Source: Heterodontus francisci (lineage: Eukaryota). Taken from it: DNA of 64,000 bases. The translations under genes and the position numbers were made by a program. The stretch is from positions 23,278,084-23,342,083 of the forward strand of contig NC_090407.1 in assembly GCF_036365525.1 (NCBI RefSeq). Reading direction: 5' to 3'. Positions 1 through 12,784 of this stretch are shown here, piece after piece. Position 1 is the stretch's first letter, and each line of letters begins with the position of its first letter. Below the pieces are notes generated by a model. The model ran no database searches. It saw nothing but the letters and a program-made list of their open reading frames with translations, and was not told where the DNA came from.

Positions 1-2281
1 AAAGTATAAACATGCTTCGACAGTGCCATCGCTCTGAAACCAATAGAGTGGTCATTCTGGAGCTTACGAGAATCACACAAGAAGCTGTGCCAACTACAGG
101 ACAGCAGTCATGCAAGGCCTGCTATTTCTTCTCCACCTCTCCATATCCATCTGCAAGGTTGTGAAACAGATGATAGTTTAAACTGTGTAATTTCATGAGT
201 TGGAGGGTATGTGGGTTTCAGATCCAGCCAATGAATCTTGATCCAAATCAAAAGTAATAGTGTGCCACATTAAGAGGGGCCGACTGGCTTGAAGACAAGT
301 AATCTGTGAGATGCATATGAAACAAACCAACCTGTTGAGAAATTACAAAATTCTTTATGTAAGTGAACTGCCAAACTATCTTGTGCACCCTTTATAACAC
401 AGAACTGCTTTAAACAGAAATCTATCTCATTTACGTTGAAGGGTGGATTGTATAAAACCTATGACAACTGTGCACACGCAATCTTGGGCACGCATCATTT
501 GAAAAGTTACTTCCGGCCACAGACTGGAGGAAGTCTATAACTGGTCTTATGGGCAGGCTGAGTCCTCAGTATTTGTGACTGGGAAGGAAGACTGGCTAGG
601 CCAGAAGCATGCTTTTAGATTTAATGCTGATGGCTCTGGTGAAGGAGCAAAGCACAATCTCTTCAGGGGATTCTCTGGTGCTCCAGCAGCAGTAGCACCA
701 ACTCGCTTGCATTCAGCATTGCTGTAAAATTTCAACCAGCTACCAATGGCAGTACAGCAAAAGGGAATCAAGATCCATATACTGAAGGCTGCATTTGCTG
801 ACAACGCAACCACTAAGTGGCGCTGTACTGACACATGCGCAAATGCAACCTGTTCCACTTAAACGTCACAGTCTGCGACGTTAAGGCAGGACTAAAGATG
901 GCGCTGCTCAAATAATCACAGAATGGCAAAGTAAACCTATGGCAGCACGCAATGGAAATCGAAAGTCCAGCACTTCAGACAGTGCTGCACAATTCTAATT
1001 GTTTTCAGTGCCATTCCTCTCTGGCCGCTCGCTCCCTGCCTCCTTCCCGCACCGCGCCACCCTAAGAAGCAAGGCGATGTAGGAGTACGTGGCAGAGAGG
1101 AGGGAAGCGGCGCCACCTCGAGCTAGTGTCCGGAGGGATGGGGGAAGAGAGCTGGTGGCGGGGAGAGAGCGGCGGAGTAGGCAATGGAGCGGAGCAGCCG
1201 GAGAGAGCGGGGGGGGGGCAGCAGAGCTGACCAGGCGCTTTGCACGAAGATGGACACGTCACGTGATGATGTAGTCGGCGCATGCGCTAACCAGTCCTGG
1301 CAATCGGAATGCCACGCACGCGCAGAGAGCAGGAGCCCGTCTGCGCATGTGCGCATCTTGGCGCAGCCTGATGACGTCAGCAGCCGGCTGCATTGTCAGG
1401 AATCACTTTGTATACTGAATGTAGGCTTATGTACCCTTGCAAAGAAATGTGCTAGTGAGACACCTTGTGACCACCTGTGGTATTACAAACATCATCATAA
1501 ACATTTTCAAGAAAATAAAATGTAGACTGAAGGGATATGGAATTTCTTTAATGCCATAAGCGGAAAGTCTTGCCAAATTTTACAGCGATTATATCAGCTG
1601 CTATTTATGCAGAAATTTTCTGCCCAACTCATTAGCATATATCAGAGCATAAAAGCCACTATAAACAAGCAGAAATCAGCATAATCTGGGCCCAAATAAA
1701 GTCCTGAACCTATAGCATTTTCATTCTTTGTCCCTCTTCACGTATGAATATTAAAGTTTGAAGCTATAAAACTATCAATTCTGTAAATTAGGAACAGCAT
1801 GCTTAAATAATGCAATCGTCGAAGCTTTCCAATTTTTACTGTTAGTCAGTCTGATGTCATAAATATGCATTTAAAGCTCCAGAAGATAGAGTGCAAGTCT
1901 CAGTGTGGAGAAATTTTAAAAATGCTTTCAAAATTGCCACAGTTGGAGGCTTTGACTCAGTGTCCATTGCTGCCAATGCTCAGTAATCTGAGCAGAAAAC
2001 GATAGATGTGGGAATTCAGCATTCAACCCTTTCACGGAAAAAGCAAAACTACTTGCACAGGATGGTGGCTCGAGAGGTTGCAATCAGAGGGTGGAGACTG
2101 GGTAGAAATAAATTCGGGAGCCTCAAAGAATCAAAGGCAGATTTGTAGCCCTATGTTATATCCATTACTCAACATTGAGGAGAAGTAGCAATGCTGTAAC
2201 ACACAGGACCGTTCGCCGGCAAATTGTAACTGAAGCAAATAAGCTTTGAAGCACAGAATGAGACACAATGCATAAACTCAC

Positions 2282-2316
2282 CCTAAATGTCGATCTGGTG
2301 TCATGTTGTAATCACC
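2282..2316 (-). CDS. INTS11: Integrator complex subunit 11 (CPSF3L), coding exon 6 (GDYNMTPDRHLG)
   Basis: 35-nt exon, ctgcag acceptor and GTGAGT donor. Encodes the beta-CASP metallo-beta-lactamase motif GDYNMTPDRHLG, in phase with exon 5. The next exon was not found in 1-2281, so the gene continues off the window. Confidence 0.93.
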
Positions 2317-2529
2317 CTGCAGATTTTTAAACCAAAATAAATGCAATCAGAGAGGGAAAAAAAAACAAAAGCCAACTTGTAAGAAAACTCAAGCAGATGG
2401 TTATGTTTTGTTGGTGAGGTTTGTCTCAGTGTCCTTCTAATTTAAATAAATTGAAGACCCAGTCTGTGCTTTGATATACATTCAGTGAGGCACTACAAAT
2501 GACCTCAGCACTTCCTGGGCTAGGCTTCA

Positions 2530-3437
2530 GCAATGATCTTCTCTCCAGCATAAGGTCACAAGTGGGGATATTTACTGATGATTGCACAGTGCTCAGCTCC
2601 ATTTGCAACTTCTCAGATACTGAAGCAGTCCTTATCTCATGCAGCAAGACCTGGACAACATTCAGGCTTGGGCTGATAAGTGGCAAGTAACTTTCCTGCC
2701 ACACAAGTGCCAGGCAATCACCATCTCCAACTAGACAGAATGTAACCATCTCCCATTGACATTCAACAGCATTATTATCTCTGAACCCTCCCCCCCCCCC
2801 CCATCATTAACATCCTGGGAGTTAGCACTGACCAAAACTTAACTAGGGGCTACAAGATCAGAGGCTGGGGAATTCTCTGGCAAGTAACTCACGTCCTGAC
2901 TCCCCAAAGCCATCTACAAGGAGTATGATGGAATACTCTTCACTTGCCTGGACGAGTGCAGCTCCAACAACACGCAAGAAGCTCGACACCATCTAGGACA
3001 AAGCTGTCTGCTTGAATGGCATCCCATCCACCACCTTCAACATTCACTCCCTCCACGACCGGTGCATAGTGGCAGCAGTATGTACCATCTACAAGATGCA
3101 CTGCAGCAACTCATCACACCTCCTTCGACAGCACCTTCCAAACCCATGATCTCTAGAACCTAGAAGGACAAGGGCAGCAGACGCATGGGAACACCATCAC
3201 CTGCAAGTTCCCCTCCAAGCCACACACCATCCTGACTTGGAACTATATCACTGTTCCTTCACTGTCGCTGGGTCAAAAAGCTGGAACTCCCTCCCTAACC
3301 CTACTGTGGGTGTACCTACACCACATGGACTGCAGCAGTTCAAAGGGGCTCACCACCACATTCTCAAGGGCAGTTAGGGATGGATAATAAATGCTGGCCT
3401 TGCCAGCCAAGCTCACATCCCATGAATGAATAAAGAA
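2530..3437 (+). mobile_element. Older 5'-truncated copy of the same LINE family
   Basis: SIRSQVGIFTDDCT remnant; colinear with 60965-61880, including the tail. Confidence 0.85.
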
Positions 3438-3966
3438 AAGGCTGGCAGGAATAGCTACCCTAAGTTCCATCCCTGATTACTATCCATTGACTTCTGTTGG
3501 AAAGTGTGAATGTGTGAATTCTGGGTGAGGATACGACAGGACTTGGTTGTGATTCAATAGCCTACCAGCACTCATAGTATAAGCTTGCACATGAACGGTA
3601 CTGCAGGCCACCTAATACCAGTAAACCCCAAGTCCAGCATCAGTCAACAGTTTCAGTAAAGGTGAAAGTAAATGAAAACTAACAGGACAAAAGAGGCTGT
3701 GATATGTAATCATTCACTATGTTGCATATCACAGCATGTGGACATCTCTCAGTGTACCTGGCACTACGATTCCCACCGTACATTGGACAAATAGTTCAAT
3801 GCAATGACAGACATTATAGCACTTCAATGATGATTACTATCCAAGATGGCATGGTCAATAAAAATCAAATTTCAATCAAAATAGTTAGCCTTGAAGCAAT
3901 TGCTTGGCATCACACACTTGTAGTAATAAATGAATAGTATAGTGGCCGAGGTTCATTCATACTCAC

Positions 3967-4065
3967 AGTATATACCACTGATTCGGAGCCCACCCGTATG
4001 TGAACCATGGCTGCACCTAGCACATGTCCAGCATAATATGCTTTAATTTCGAGTTCATCATCAAC
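3967..4065 (-). CDS. INTS11: INTS11 coding exon 5 ([33 protein letters not shown])
   Basis: 99-nt exon, tctag acceptor and GTGAGT donor; contains the AGHVLGAAM motif. Confidence 0.96.
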
Positions 4066-4388
4066 CTAGACCATTACAAAATACAAATTAGTATCTTTCA
4101 AATGCAGACAATTCTAGTAACCCTGTTTATGATGTAGGACCTGGGTATGCTGGCAGGCAGAAAAGAAAGGAAGGTCAGTGAATCAGTCCTTACTTGGATC
4201 AAGAGGCAGCAGAGTAGAAAAACCTATTATGGCTAACATTAAAACAAAAATCCTATTTAAGGTACTGGAAGCGCGGACACCACAGTCAGATTGGTGTGTT
4301 ATCTATGTATCCTGCGTATCTGTTCCTCTAGTACAAGTTAATATTTCTTACTTTTTAAACAAAGGATTGTAACCAACACACTGCTTAC

Positions 4389-4617
4389 CTGTACTGTTTG
4401 ATGCAGATGAACAGCTACCACTTTCTTCATGCAGTCCTTTATCATCTGAGAAGTAAAGAAGTTTGTCTCTCCTTTCTTATCAACTGTAATCTTCCTATAA
4501 TCTTCTAAAAGGATTGGACAAATGGCTTTTGTAGGGTGGGTCATGTATATAGGACCATCGTAGCCAATCATTTCACTCATGTAAGGAAGGGCACCGCAGT
4601 GGTCCAAGTGAAAATGA
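4389..4617 (-). CDS. INTS11: INTS11 coding exon 4 ([12 protein letters not shown]...HQTVQ)
   Basis: 229-nt exon inside ORF 4338..4649; HxHxDH metal-binding motif; cag acceptor and GTAAG donor. Confidence 0.97.
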
Positions 4618-5132
4618 CTGATAAGAACAAAAATTGTATAGTTAAACACTACAAGGGCACGTTTTAAGGCATATCAGAAAATTCAGGATTAATTTAGTAA
4701 AAAGCGTGATCAAGGCTGGGACATGAACAGTTCATCTATCATCTACATCCCTGAAGAATCCCTTTCGGATTCATCTAGTCTCTTCATTCCATAAACTCTA
4801 ACTGAAGAATGATTTTACAGGCCACAAGAAGCAAGCAGATTCTGTACAGAACTGAAGAAAATCCATCACAGCACACTCAAATAATCCTCACATTTTGAAA
4901 ATAATAGTGAAACCAATTTGAAATCGTTTGGGACTAAAATGGTTATTTGTGATAGCAAAATATTGCAGATGCTGGAAAATGGAAATAAAAACAGAAAATG
5001 CTGGAAACACTCAACTGACCCAGCAGCAAATAAAACTCTAAACAGCACTACAACCAGAAGCCAGGTCTCTTCTATACCTCTATCTAAACTCCAATAGCAC
5101 CACAGGTTGTAACCTATTAGAGCAATATTTAC

Positions 5133-5206
5133 CTGATGATGACACAGTCGAGAAATTCTGTCAGTCTTCCATTTTGAGTTATGTAAGAGAAATCAGGAAA
5201 GCGTCT
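5133..5206 (-). CDS. INTS11: INTS11 coding exon 3 ([25 protein letters not shown])
   Basis: 74-nt exon, ccag acceptor and GTAAA donor; phase fits exons 2 and 4. Confidence 0.95.
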
Positions 5207-5312
5207 CTGGAATAATAATAAGAAGCGATAAATCACAAACTACTGAACAGAGCTATATAGACCGAGTGTGTTCTGGTTCAACTCCCAGTCTGCCCCCAGA
5301 AACAACAACTGG

Positions 5313-5541
5313 GAAGTTTACGGCCAGAAAGGAGGCCACTTGGACCATCATGACTGTGCTAGCACTTTACTAATTTCACTGTCCTAGTCTGTCCTACATC
5401 TTCCTCTGCTTCGAAGGTTCATCCAAGCTTCTGTTAAAAGATGCAATGCTGTCTTCCAGCTTCTTGTGGAAATACGTTCCATGCTCCAACAACCTTCTGG
5501 ATGAAGACATTTCCTTTGACCTCTCTGCTCATTCAACAACT
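5313..5541 (-). mobile_element. CR1-type LINE 3'-end fragment flanked by ~170-bp direct repeats
   Basis: Minus strand ends ...atgatggtccaagtggcctcctttctggccgtaaac, resembling the CR1 tails at 9590-9640 and 33285-33330. Confidence 0.6.
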
Positions 5542-5604
5542 ACAGTCGAGAAATTCTGTTAGTATTCCATTTTGAGTTACATAAAAGAAATCAGGAAAGG
5601 TTCT
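5542..5604 (-). pseudogene. Diverged partial duplicate of INTS11 exon 3 (pseudo-exon)
   Basis: 63 nt reading RTFPDFFYVTQNGILTEFLDC, 7 substitutions versus 5144-5206. Keeps a ttgcag acceptor, lacks the donor, and reaches TGA two codons later. Confidence 0.85.
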
Positions 5605-7369
5605 CTGCAATAAGAAGCAATAAATCACAAACTACTGTACAGACCATACAGACCAAGGAAGTTCTGGATCAACTCCCAGTCTGCACCATTACAGCAGCTG
5701 GGGAATAACAACTGGCCTTAAGTGCCCCTGTTTGACTAGGATTCCTTCTCATCATCAATTTCCAGGGACTCCTGTTGGAGATGCACGTGTGCGGATGGGT
5801 GAAAGGAAGGATCCAGCTTGGCTAAGATGTTCTGTAAAGTCAAATATTCCAGGCTCGCACTCTCAGAATGGCAACTTGGACAAGGTACCAGCGGCTGTAA
5901 AATTGTACCCTTAGGATGAGTCAGCAGCATCATGGAAGGTGACAATGCTGAAACTGAAACATCTTTTTAAAAATGAAGACGGTACAAAAATACAATGAAT
6001 CGTGCGGAGACCGAGGTGTCACAGGATTTCATAATCCTCATAAAAATGACATAGCAGTTTGAGAGAAATCTTTTCTAAAATTAAATTCTAAAAGGAAAAG
6101 GCAATGTTTTCCTATTAAGTAACATTTCACATACTGGTTGATTGCTGATCAATAGCACCTTCCCTGGTAATAGACATAATGTACAGGGAAACTTGAAATA
6201 AAAAACACATATAGAAATTCATCTGAAATAAACTGCTCCCTGATGGTTCCGCTGCTTAAATCAGTGAGAAACTGAGCCAAAAAGATCAAAAAAGGGAACA
6301 GATCCAATCTCCATTCTGTACAGTTAGCTGAGCACAGCAAGCGCAGCAGTGGCGGGGGCGGTGGTAGAAGATCTAATAATTAGTATTACCATCCTGACAG
6401 AGAGGGGCAAGATATAACCACCATCCCTGTATCTAATCGTTATCCAGAAACATGCGTTGGAAGTGCAAGTGGGTGAATGTCGAGTGAAGGCGGGAATCAA
6501 GCTTGGCTGTTGCTGTCCCTCATGATTTAATACCCTCCCTACAATCATTAGTGTTGACCTAGGTGCTCTCAGCAGGTGATCTATATTATAGGAAATCCAG
6601 GCATGGTCCGTGCATCATTTTCCAACCATTTGTTTAAATGCACCACATGTGCTGAACTTCAGTGGCGCGACACTCCACCGGAAGCACAAACTCAAAGTCA
6701 ACCCATAATCTGAGGTCATAGGAGTACCAGAGGACAACTGGCACCTGGAACCTAGCAAGCAGAGGTGACTGAGAAAAGACAAAAAGAGAAAAGAAAATTA
6801 CTCCAAGGGTTGTGTGCTTTTGTAAATACATTAGAAAAAAGCTTCCTAACTACTGTCCCATCTGCGACAGGGGAAAAACAGAATATGTTTGGTGTAGTAA
6901 GCAGTCCTTTTACTGAATTACTGCAATTTCTAATTCTACTTTGTGATGCAGCCTTGACTCAGAGTTCAGCCACAACATGGCAAATATAGTCTGTAAGTAA
7001 AGTGCTCAATTTAAGTCCTAATCCTGAAGTCTGCACTTCTGAGTTGTAGTTACAGCATTAACTACTGCAACACATACATAACTATCATTTCACTGCCATC
7101 TTCAATTCCACTGATTGGTGGTAATTTCATGAAAACTTCAGGGATATAACTTCCATTTGTCACACTAACTGTACATACTAAAGGGACACATTTCAGCAAG
7201 GTCAAAATGTATTGAGTTGAGATTAAGAACTTTACTGAATTTTAGAAATAAAAGCTATTTAGAAAAGTGTTTGGCTCAGTAGCTTCCCTGACATGTTTAT
7301 CATCTGAATAGCTGAAGGATACCAGGATGGCCCCAGGTTTGATCCTCAGTCTAAGCTAAGATCCCGACT

Positions 7370-9360
7370 GTAAGATTATGAGAAACAGGAGTAGGCCATT
7401 CAGCTCCACCATTCAATAAGATCATGGTTGATCTGATTGTGGCCTTAACTCCACTTTCCTGCCGGCCCCCCATAACCCTCGACTCCCTTGCAGATCAACA
7501 ATCTGCCTAACTCAGCCTTGAATAAATTCAATGACCCAGCCTCAACTGCTCTCTGGGGAAGAGAATTCCAAATATTAACGATCCTCTGAGAAGGAATTCC
7601 TCCTCATCTCCATCTTAAAATGGAGACCCCCTATTTTGAAACTGTGCCCCCTAGTTCTAGATTCCCCCATGAGGGGAAACATCCTCTCAGCATCTACCCT
7701 GTCAAGCCCCCTCAGACTCTTATATGATTCAACAAGATCACCTCTCATTCTTCTAAACTCCTATGAGTATCGGCCCAACCTCCTCAACCTTTCCTCATAA
7801 GACAACCCCTTCAACCCAGGAATCAGCCTAGTGAACATTCCCTGAACTGCTTCCAATGCAAGTATTTCTCTCCTTAAGTAAGGAGACCAAAACTTTATGC
7901 AGTACTCTACGTGCGGTCTCACCAATGCCCTCGCAAGACTTCCCTACTTTTATATTCCATTCCCCTTGCACTAACTGCCAACATTCCATTTGCCTTCCTA
8001 CTCACTTGCTGTACTTGCATGCTAACATTTTGTGATTCACGTACAAGGACACCCAGATCCTTCTATAGTGCAGCATTTTGCAGTCTCTCTCCATTTAAAT
8101 AATATTCTGCTTTTCTATCCTTCCTGCAAAAGTGGACAAACTCATATTTTCCCACCTCATGCTCCATCTACCAAATGTTTTCCCACTCGCTTAACCTATC
8201 TATATCTTTCTGCAGACACCTTGTGTCCTCCTCACAACTTGCATTCCTACCTAGCTTTGTACCATCCACAAATTTGGCTACAGTGCACTCAGTCCATTCA
8301 TCCAAGTCATTAATACAGATTGTAAATAGTTGAGGCCCCAGCACTGATTGCTGCGGCACTCCACTAGTTACAGTTTGCCAACCTGAAAATGCCCCATTTA
8401 TCCTGACTCTCTGCTTCCTGTTAGTTAGCCAATCCTCTATCCATGCTAATATATTACCCTCAGCACCATCAGCTCTTATCTTGTGTAGTAACCTTTTACG
8501 TGACACCTTATCAAATGCCTTTTGGAAATCCAAATACACTACATCTACTGGTTCCCCTTTATCCACCCTGCTTGTTACATCCTCAAAGAACTCTAATAAA
8601 TTTGTCAAGCATAATTTCCCTTTCATAAAACCATGTTGACCCTGCCTGTTTGCATTATGATTTTCTAAATATCCTGCTACTACTTCCTTAACAATGGATT
8701 CTAGCATTTTCCCAATGACAGATGTTAGGCTAATTGGCCTATAGTTTCCTGCTTTCTGCCTTCCTCCTTTCTTGAATAGAAATGTTACATTTGCAGTTTT
8801 CCAATCCGCTGGGACCTTTCCAGAAACTAGGGAATTTTGGAAGATTGCAACCAATGCATCCACTATCAATGCAGCCACTTTTTTAAGACCCTAGGATGCA
8901 GGCCAACAGGTCCAGGGGACTTGTCAGCCTTTAGTTTCATTAGTTTTCCGAGTACTTTTCTCTTGTGATAATGATTGTTTAAAGTTCCTCCCTCCCTTTT
9001 GCCTCGTGATTTTCTACTATTCTTGGGATGCTTTTTGTGTCTTCTACTGAGAAGACAGATACAAAACACTGCTTCAAATTCTCTGCCATTTCCTTGTTTC
9101 CCATTATTAATCCCCAGTCTCATCATCTAAGGGACAAATGCTTATTTTAGCTACTTTCTTCCTCTTTATATATTTGTAGAAGCTTTTCCTGTCTGTTCTT
9201 ATATTTCTTGCTAGTTTACTCTCATACTCTAATTTCTCCCTGTTACATAATTTTTGGTCATTCTCTACTGGTTTCTAAAATGTTCCCAATCTCTGGCCTA
9301 CCACTAATCTTAGCAGCATTGTACGCCTTTTCTTTCAAATTGGAACCATCCTTAACTTCT
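7370..9360 (-). mobile_element. CR1 LINE, 5'-truncated (second family)
   Basis: ORF 8168..8878: GNYRPISLTS, YLDFQKAFDKV, GVPQxSVLGP; CR1 3' tail near 7375. Confidence 0.92.
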
Positions 9361-10031
9361 GGAGAGCCAGCCAGATCTGTCTGATTTTATCCCTTGTATA
9401 AGCCAGTCTGAATTCAGGTCAAGGGAAGGGGGTGAGTCATCCAGCCACCCCTTACATCCTTAGACAATTGTATCTGGGTGAGTTCCAAGGTTACTACAGA
9501 TTTTTGGACACTGACGGAATCGGAGATATGGGAACAAAGTGGGAAAACGGAGTTCAGGTAGAAGATCAGCCATGATCTTATTGAATGGCGGAGAAGGCTT
9601 GAAGGGCCAAATGGCCTACTCCTGCTCCTATTTGTTATGTTCTTACACTCTTCCTGGGCCTATCAGAACACAACAGCGAGTGAACAGAAACTTAATGGCC
9701 TTTCCCAGATCTCAGTTCCAAATACTGCCAGCACAGTGCAATGGGCATCTTTAATGCACTTGTACAGGCATGGAAATGACTTTGTCCCCAGTGATTTGGG
9801 ATGTCTTCGGCTGCAGGTGGCTGGGAACCATGCAGCACCTCTACTGGTGTAGCAGCAACCCAAGAATTACAGGGCCCACGTCTTTAGGGGAAGAGTGAAG
9901 ACACAAAAATTGACAAATAAACTGTATGAACCTGATATTGCTTCAGGTCTTGCAACACTGGCCAGGTTATTCCTTTATTTAATAATTCTGCAGCCAGTGC
10001 ATTCACTACTATTCAATAATTTCCTACTTAC

Positions 10032-10129
10032 ATCATCATTATATCCCATGTGCATTCCACAATCCAGCATCACGTTTTTCCCACCAATTGAGACCAGGAT
10101 ACAGCTACGGCCCACATCCTGGCCCGCCC
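10032..10129 (-). CDS. INTS11: INTS11 coding exon 2 ([33 protein letters not shown])
   Basis: 98-nt exon inside ORF 9975..10184; ttttcag acceptor and GTAAGT donor. Confidence 0.97.
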
Positions 10130-10216
10130 CTGAAAAAAGCAAGGACTCGTCATTTTGTGAGTTCAACGTACTAAGGATTTGCATCCCTCAAATCAGTTTA
10201 ATGTCTAAATTCTTAC

Positions 10217-10244
10217 CCAAAGGTGTGACTTTTATTTCAGGCAT
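10217..10244 (-). CDS. INTS11: INTS11 first coding exon (MPEIKVTPLG)
   Basis: ATG at 10244-10242, 28 coding nt, GTAAG donor, 87-nt intron to exon 2. An upstream ttgttag acceptor at 10265-10266 suggests a non-coding exon further 5'. Confidence 0.93.
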
Positions 10245-10383
10245 TGGCAATCAGCTTTCCCAGGCTAACAAGTGATGAAATCAATCACTCACCCTAAATT
10301 GAGTAAAAAGTTCTGTTAGGTTTAAAGCAGACGATATCAGCAAAATGCATCACGAGATCACTTGGCTCAGCTGTTGGCCGTTT

Positions 10384-10384
10384 C

Positions 10385-10416
<32 letters not shown>
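10384..10416. repeat. (CT)n(AT)n microsatellite
   Basis: ctctctctctc followed by atatatatatatatatatata. Confidence 0.9.
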
Positions 10417-11799
10417 GGAAAAGCAAGGAGAGAGAGAGGGGAGAGTGTCTCTGTGTACTGGGGGAGAGAAGGGAAAGGAGTGCCAATATGTACTGAAAGT
10501 TAGAGGAAGAACAGTACCTCTGAGTCACTATGATAACCTTAGAATCAATTTTTCAACAGCTTAATAAGCTGATTTAGTAACAGAGAATACCAATCTATAT
10601 CCACAACTTCTCTACAAAACAATGACCACAACTAGCACTGAAAAAGGTATTGGTATTTCAACTGAAGCTATCCATTCTAATCATATTCCCCTGTCCTCTC
10701 CCGATATCCTTTTACAAATGTCTTTCCAAATACTAATTCAATTCCTTTTTAAGCAGTTATAATCTCAACTTCAATAGCCACTTGGGTAATGCCTGTGTGG
10801 GAAAAAGGTTTTGCTAAATTCCCCCTTCATTCTTCCAGTTATATCTTTAATCTTGTTACACTATGCCAACCAGTGGAGATGATCTTTCACAGGTTACCCT
10901 TAAAAACCTTTTAAGAATTTTTGAAAGCCTCTATTAAATCTCTATTTCTCTGTTCTAGTAAAAAGGACCCAGTTTTTGAGCCTGTCACCCTTTATATTCC
11001 TGGTGTTTTTGTCTGATTACACCTCTGTGTAGCAACTTAGGACATTTTACAACTTTAAAGGTGCTATATAAATGAAACATGTTGCTTCTCATTCTAGTGA
11101 ACTTTCATTGTACCATGGGTACAATGTTTTGTACAAATGAATTTCCTTATTTTTATATTCAATGTCCCAAAGTATAAAACCCAGAATCTGCTTCTTATGG
11201 CTTTTTCAACCAGCACTCACTATAAAGATCTTCATAAAATCAATGAGTACAGTAGCATAGTCATTACTGGACAAAAAAAATCCAGAGACCTGGACTAACA
11301 ATTCAGATTCAAATCCCACCATGGAAGCTTGAGAATTTGAATTGCATGTAAAGGATAGCTGGAAATAAAAAGCTGGTGTCAGTAAAGTGACCACGAAACT
11401 GTCAGATTGTTGTTTTAAAAAAAAATTCAACTGCTTCACTGTTCCTGCTGCAAATATTTATTCACATGCAATCAACTTCTAATAATTCAAAGCTGTTTTC
11501 TACACCTAAAATTGAATTATCCAATAATTTGAATTCAGCACTATAAATCCCACTAAAAAGTGGGAACTTCGTGCTTTAAAAAATTAAACTAGCGATTTGA
11601 ACTGAACAGGTTTGCAGTGAATTTTGCAAAAGTGTAGCAAATATCCAGATAGTGAAATTAAACAGAGCAGAGAGCCAGCTGAGGCCTTCCTCCACTGGTA
11701 TCAATACAAATCACAACCAAGGTCTTCAGGTTAACATTCAGGCCATTTTAAACAGCGCAGTTAAGAACACAACTCGATTTATCGTCTCTTTCTTGCTGC

Positions 11800-12130
11800 A
11801 CAGGCCCAGTTGCGGATTTTAAACACGCCGGCCCGCTCACTGACAGCGACCCCGGCCTCTCCCTCCTCTTCCTTTCCGCTATACAACCACCACTAACCAG
11901 GCAAAACCGCCACTACAGCCTCAGGCCTACTTCACTCCCAGGCCAAGCGTGTTACCCGGGCACCCGCCAACCCCGCCCCCTCACTGACTGACGTGGGAAT
12001 CAACCAATGGGATTCCCGATTCGGGCAGGCCGGTGCGAAGGCGGGACTTCCTCTGATGGCGATCCCGCTGTGATTGGCCAATAAACGCCCCGCCCCCCCG
12101 GGAGCTGGTTTCCGGCTTGAAGATGGCTGA
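11800..12130. promoter_or_regulatory. Bidirectional CpG-island promoter shared by INTS11 and CPTP
   Basis: CpG-rich. CCAAT boxes (12004, 12073-12082), GC boxes, ETS cores (acttcc ~12046, ttccgg ~12110), CRE-like tgacgt (~11989), YY1-like AAGATGGC over the CPTP ATG. Head-to-head INTS11/CPTP is also the human arrangement. Confidence 0.85.
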
Positions 12131-12241
12131 CCCAGAGAGATTCAGTCTGATTGAGGTGTTGGAGTCCTTCAAAAACTGTCTGACTGACAATGGGGAGATC
12201 CTACAAGAATATTACTTAACTGGATGGAAGGGGCTGGTAAA
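12123..12241 (+). CDS. CPTP: Ceramide-1-phosphate transfer protein (GLTPD1), coding exon 1
   Basis: MADPERFSLIEVLESFKNCLTDNGEILQEYYLTGWKGLVK; 119 nt, AA|GTGAGT donor; matches the CPTP N-terminus (WKGLV). Confidence 0.93.
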
Positions 12242-12784
12242 GTGAGTTAGAATCCTCTTATCGTAATCAGCTTCACTTAGTGTGAAGGCAAAGTATAAAG
12301 CTGACTTTTTTGTAGTTTACACAGTTGACAAGATAATAAATATTTGGGGAGGATGAGAAGGTGTGAGCCATTTCTCATTGTGGTAATGTTACATGGTGAT
12401 GACCTAGTTATTGTAAATTGTTTATTTGCCAAACACACTTGTATAAAGATATTCTCATTAAACACCTTTTCGTGATTTTTATATTATGTATCTCACAACC
12501 TACTAAGAAACAAAAATATTGGAGCTGTATAGAATTATAGAGGCCCTTTTGCATGGAAAATTGGGAGGTTGCGAACATTGGTCTGGATTTGGTGGTCAGT
12601 AGCGAAACAAGAGTGCTCGCCACTGACCTAAAAAAAAAGCTGCTCACAAAGATTTAGCAATCTCTGGCATGTATTTCCCCTCTCTTAACAGCAGGTTAAA
12701 TCTGGCGGCAAGTCAAAGAGATGTCGTGGCGTACAACAGTAGTGATGTCAGCAAGCAGCGTAACCAGCCAACTGCATTGAAGTA

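Noticed and set aside
1-860. ORF 547..858 and decayed-looking frames as INTS11 exon 7 or a transposase
   Set aside because: The expected AAWIDKCRP sequence is absent and no motif could be recognised with confidence.
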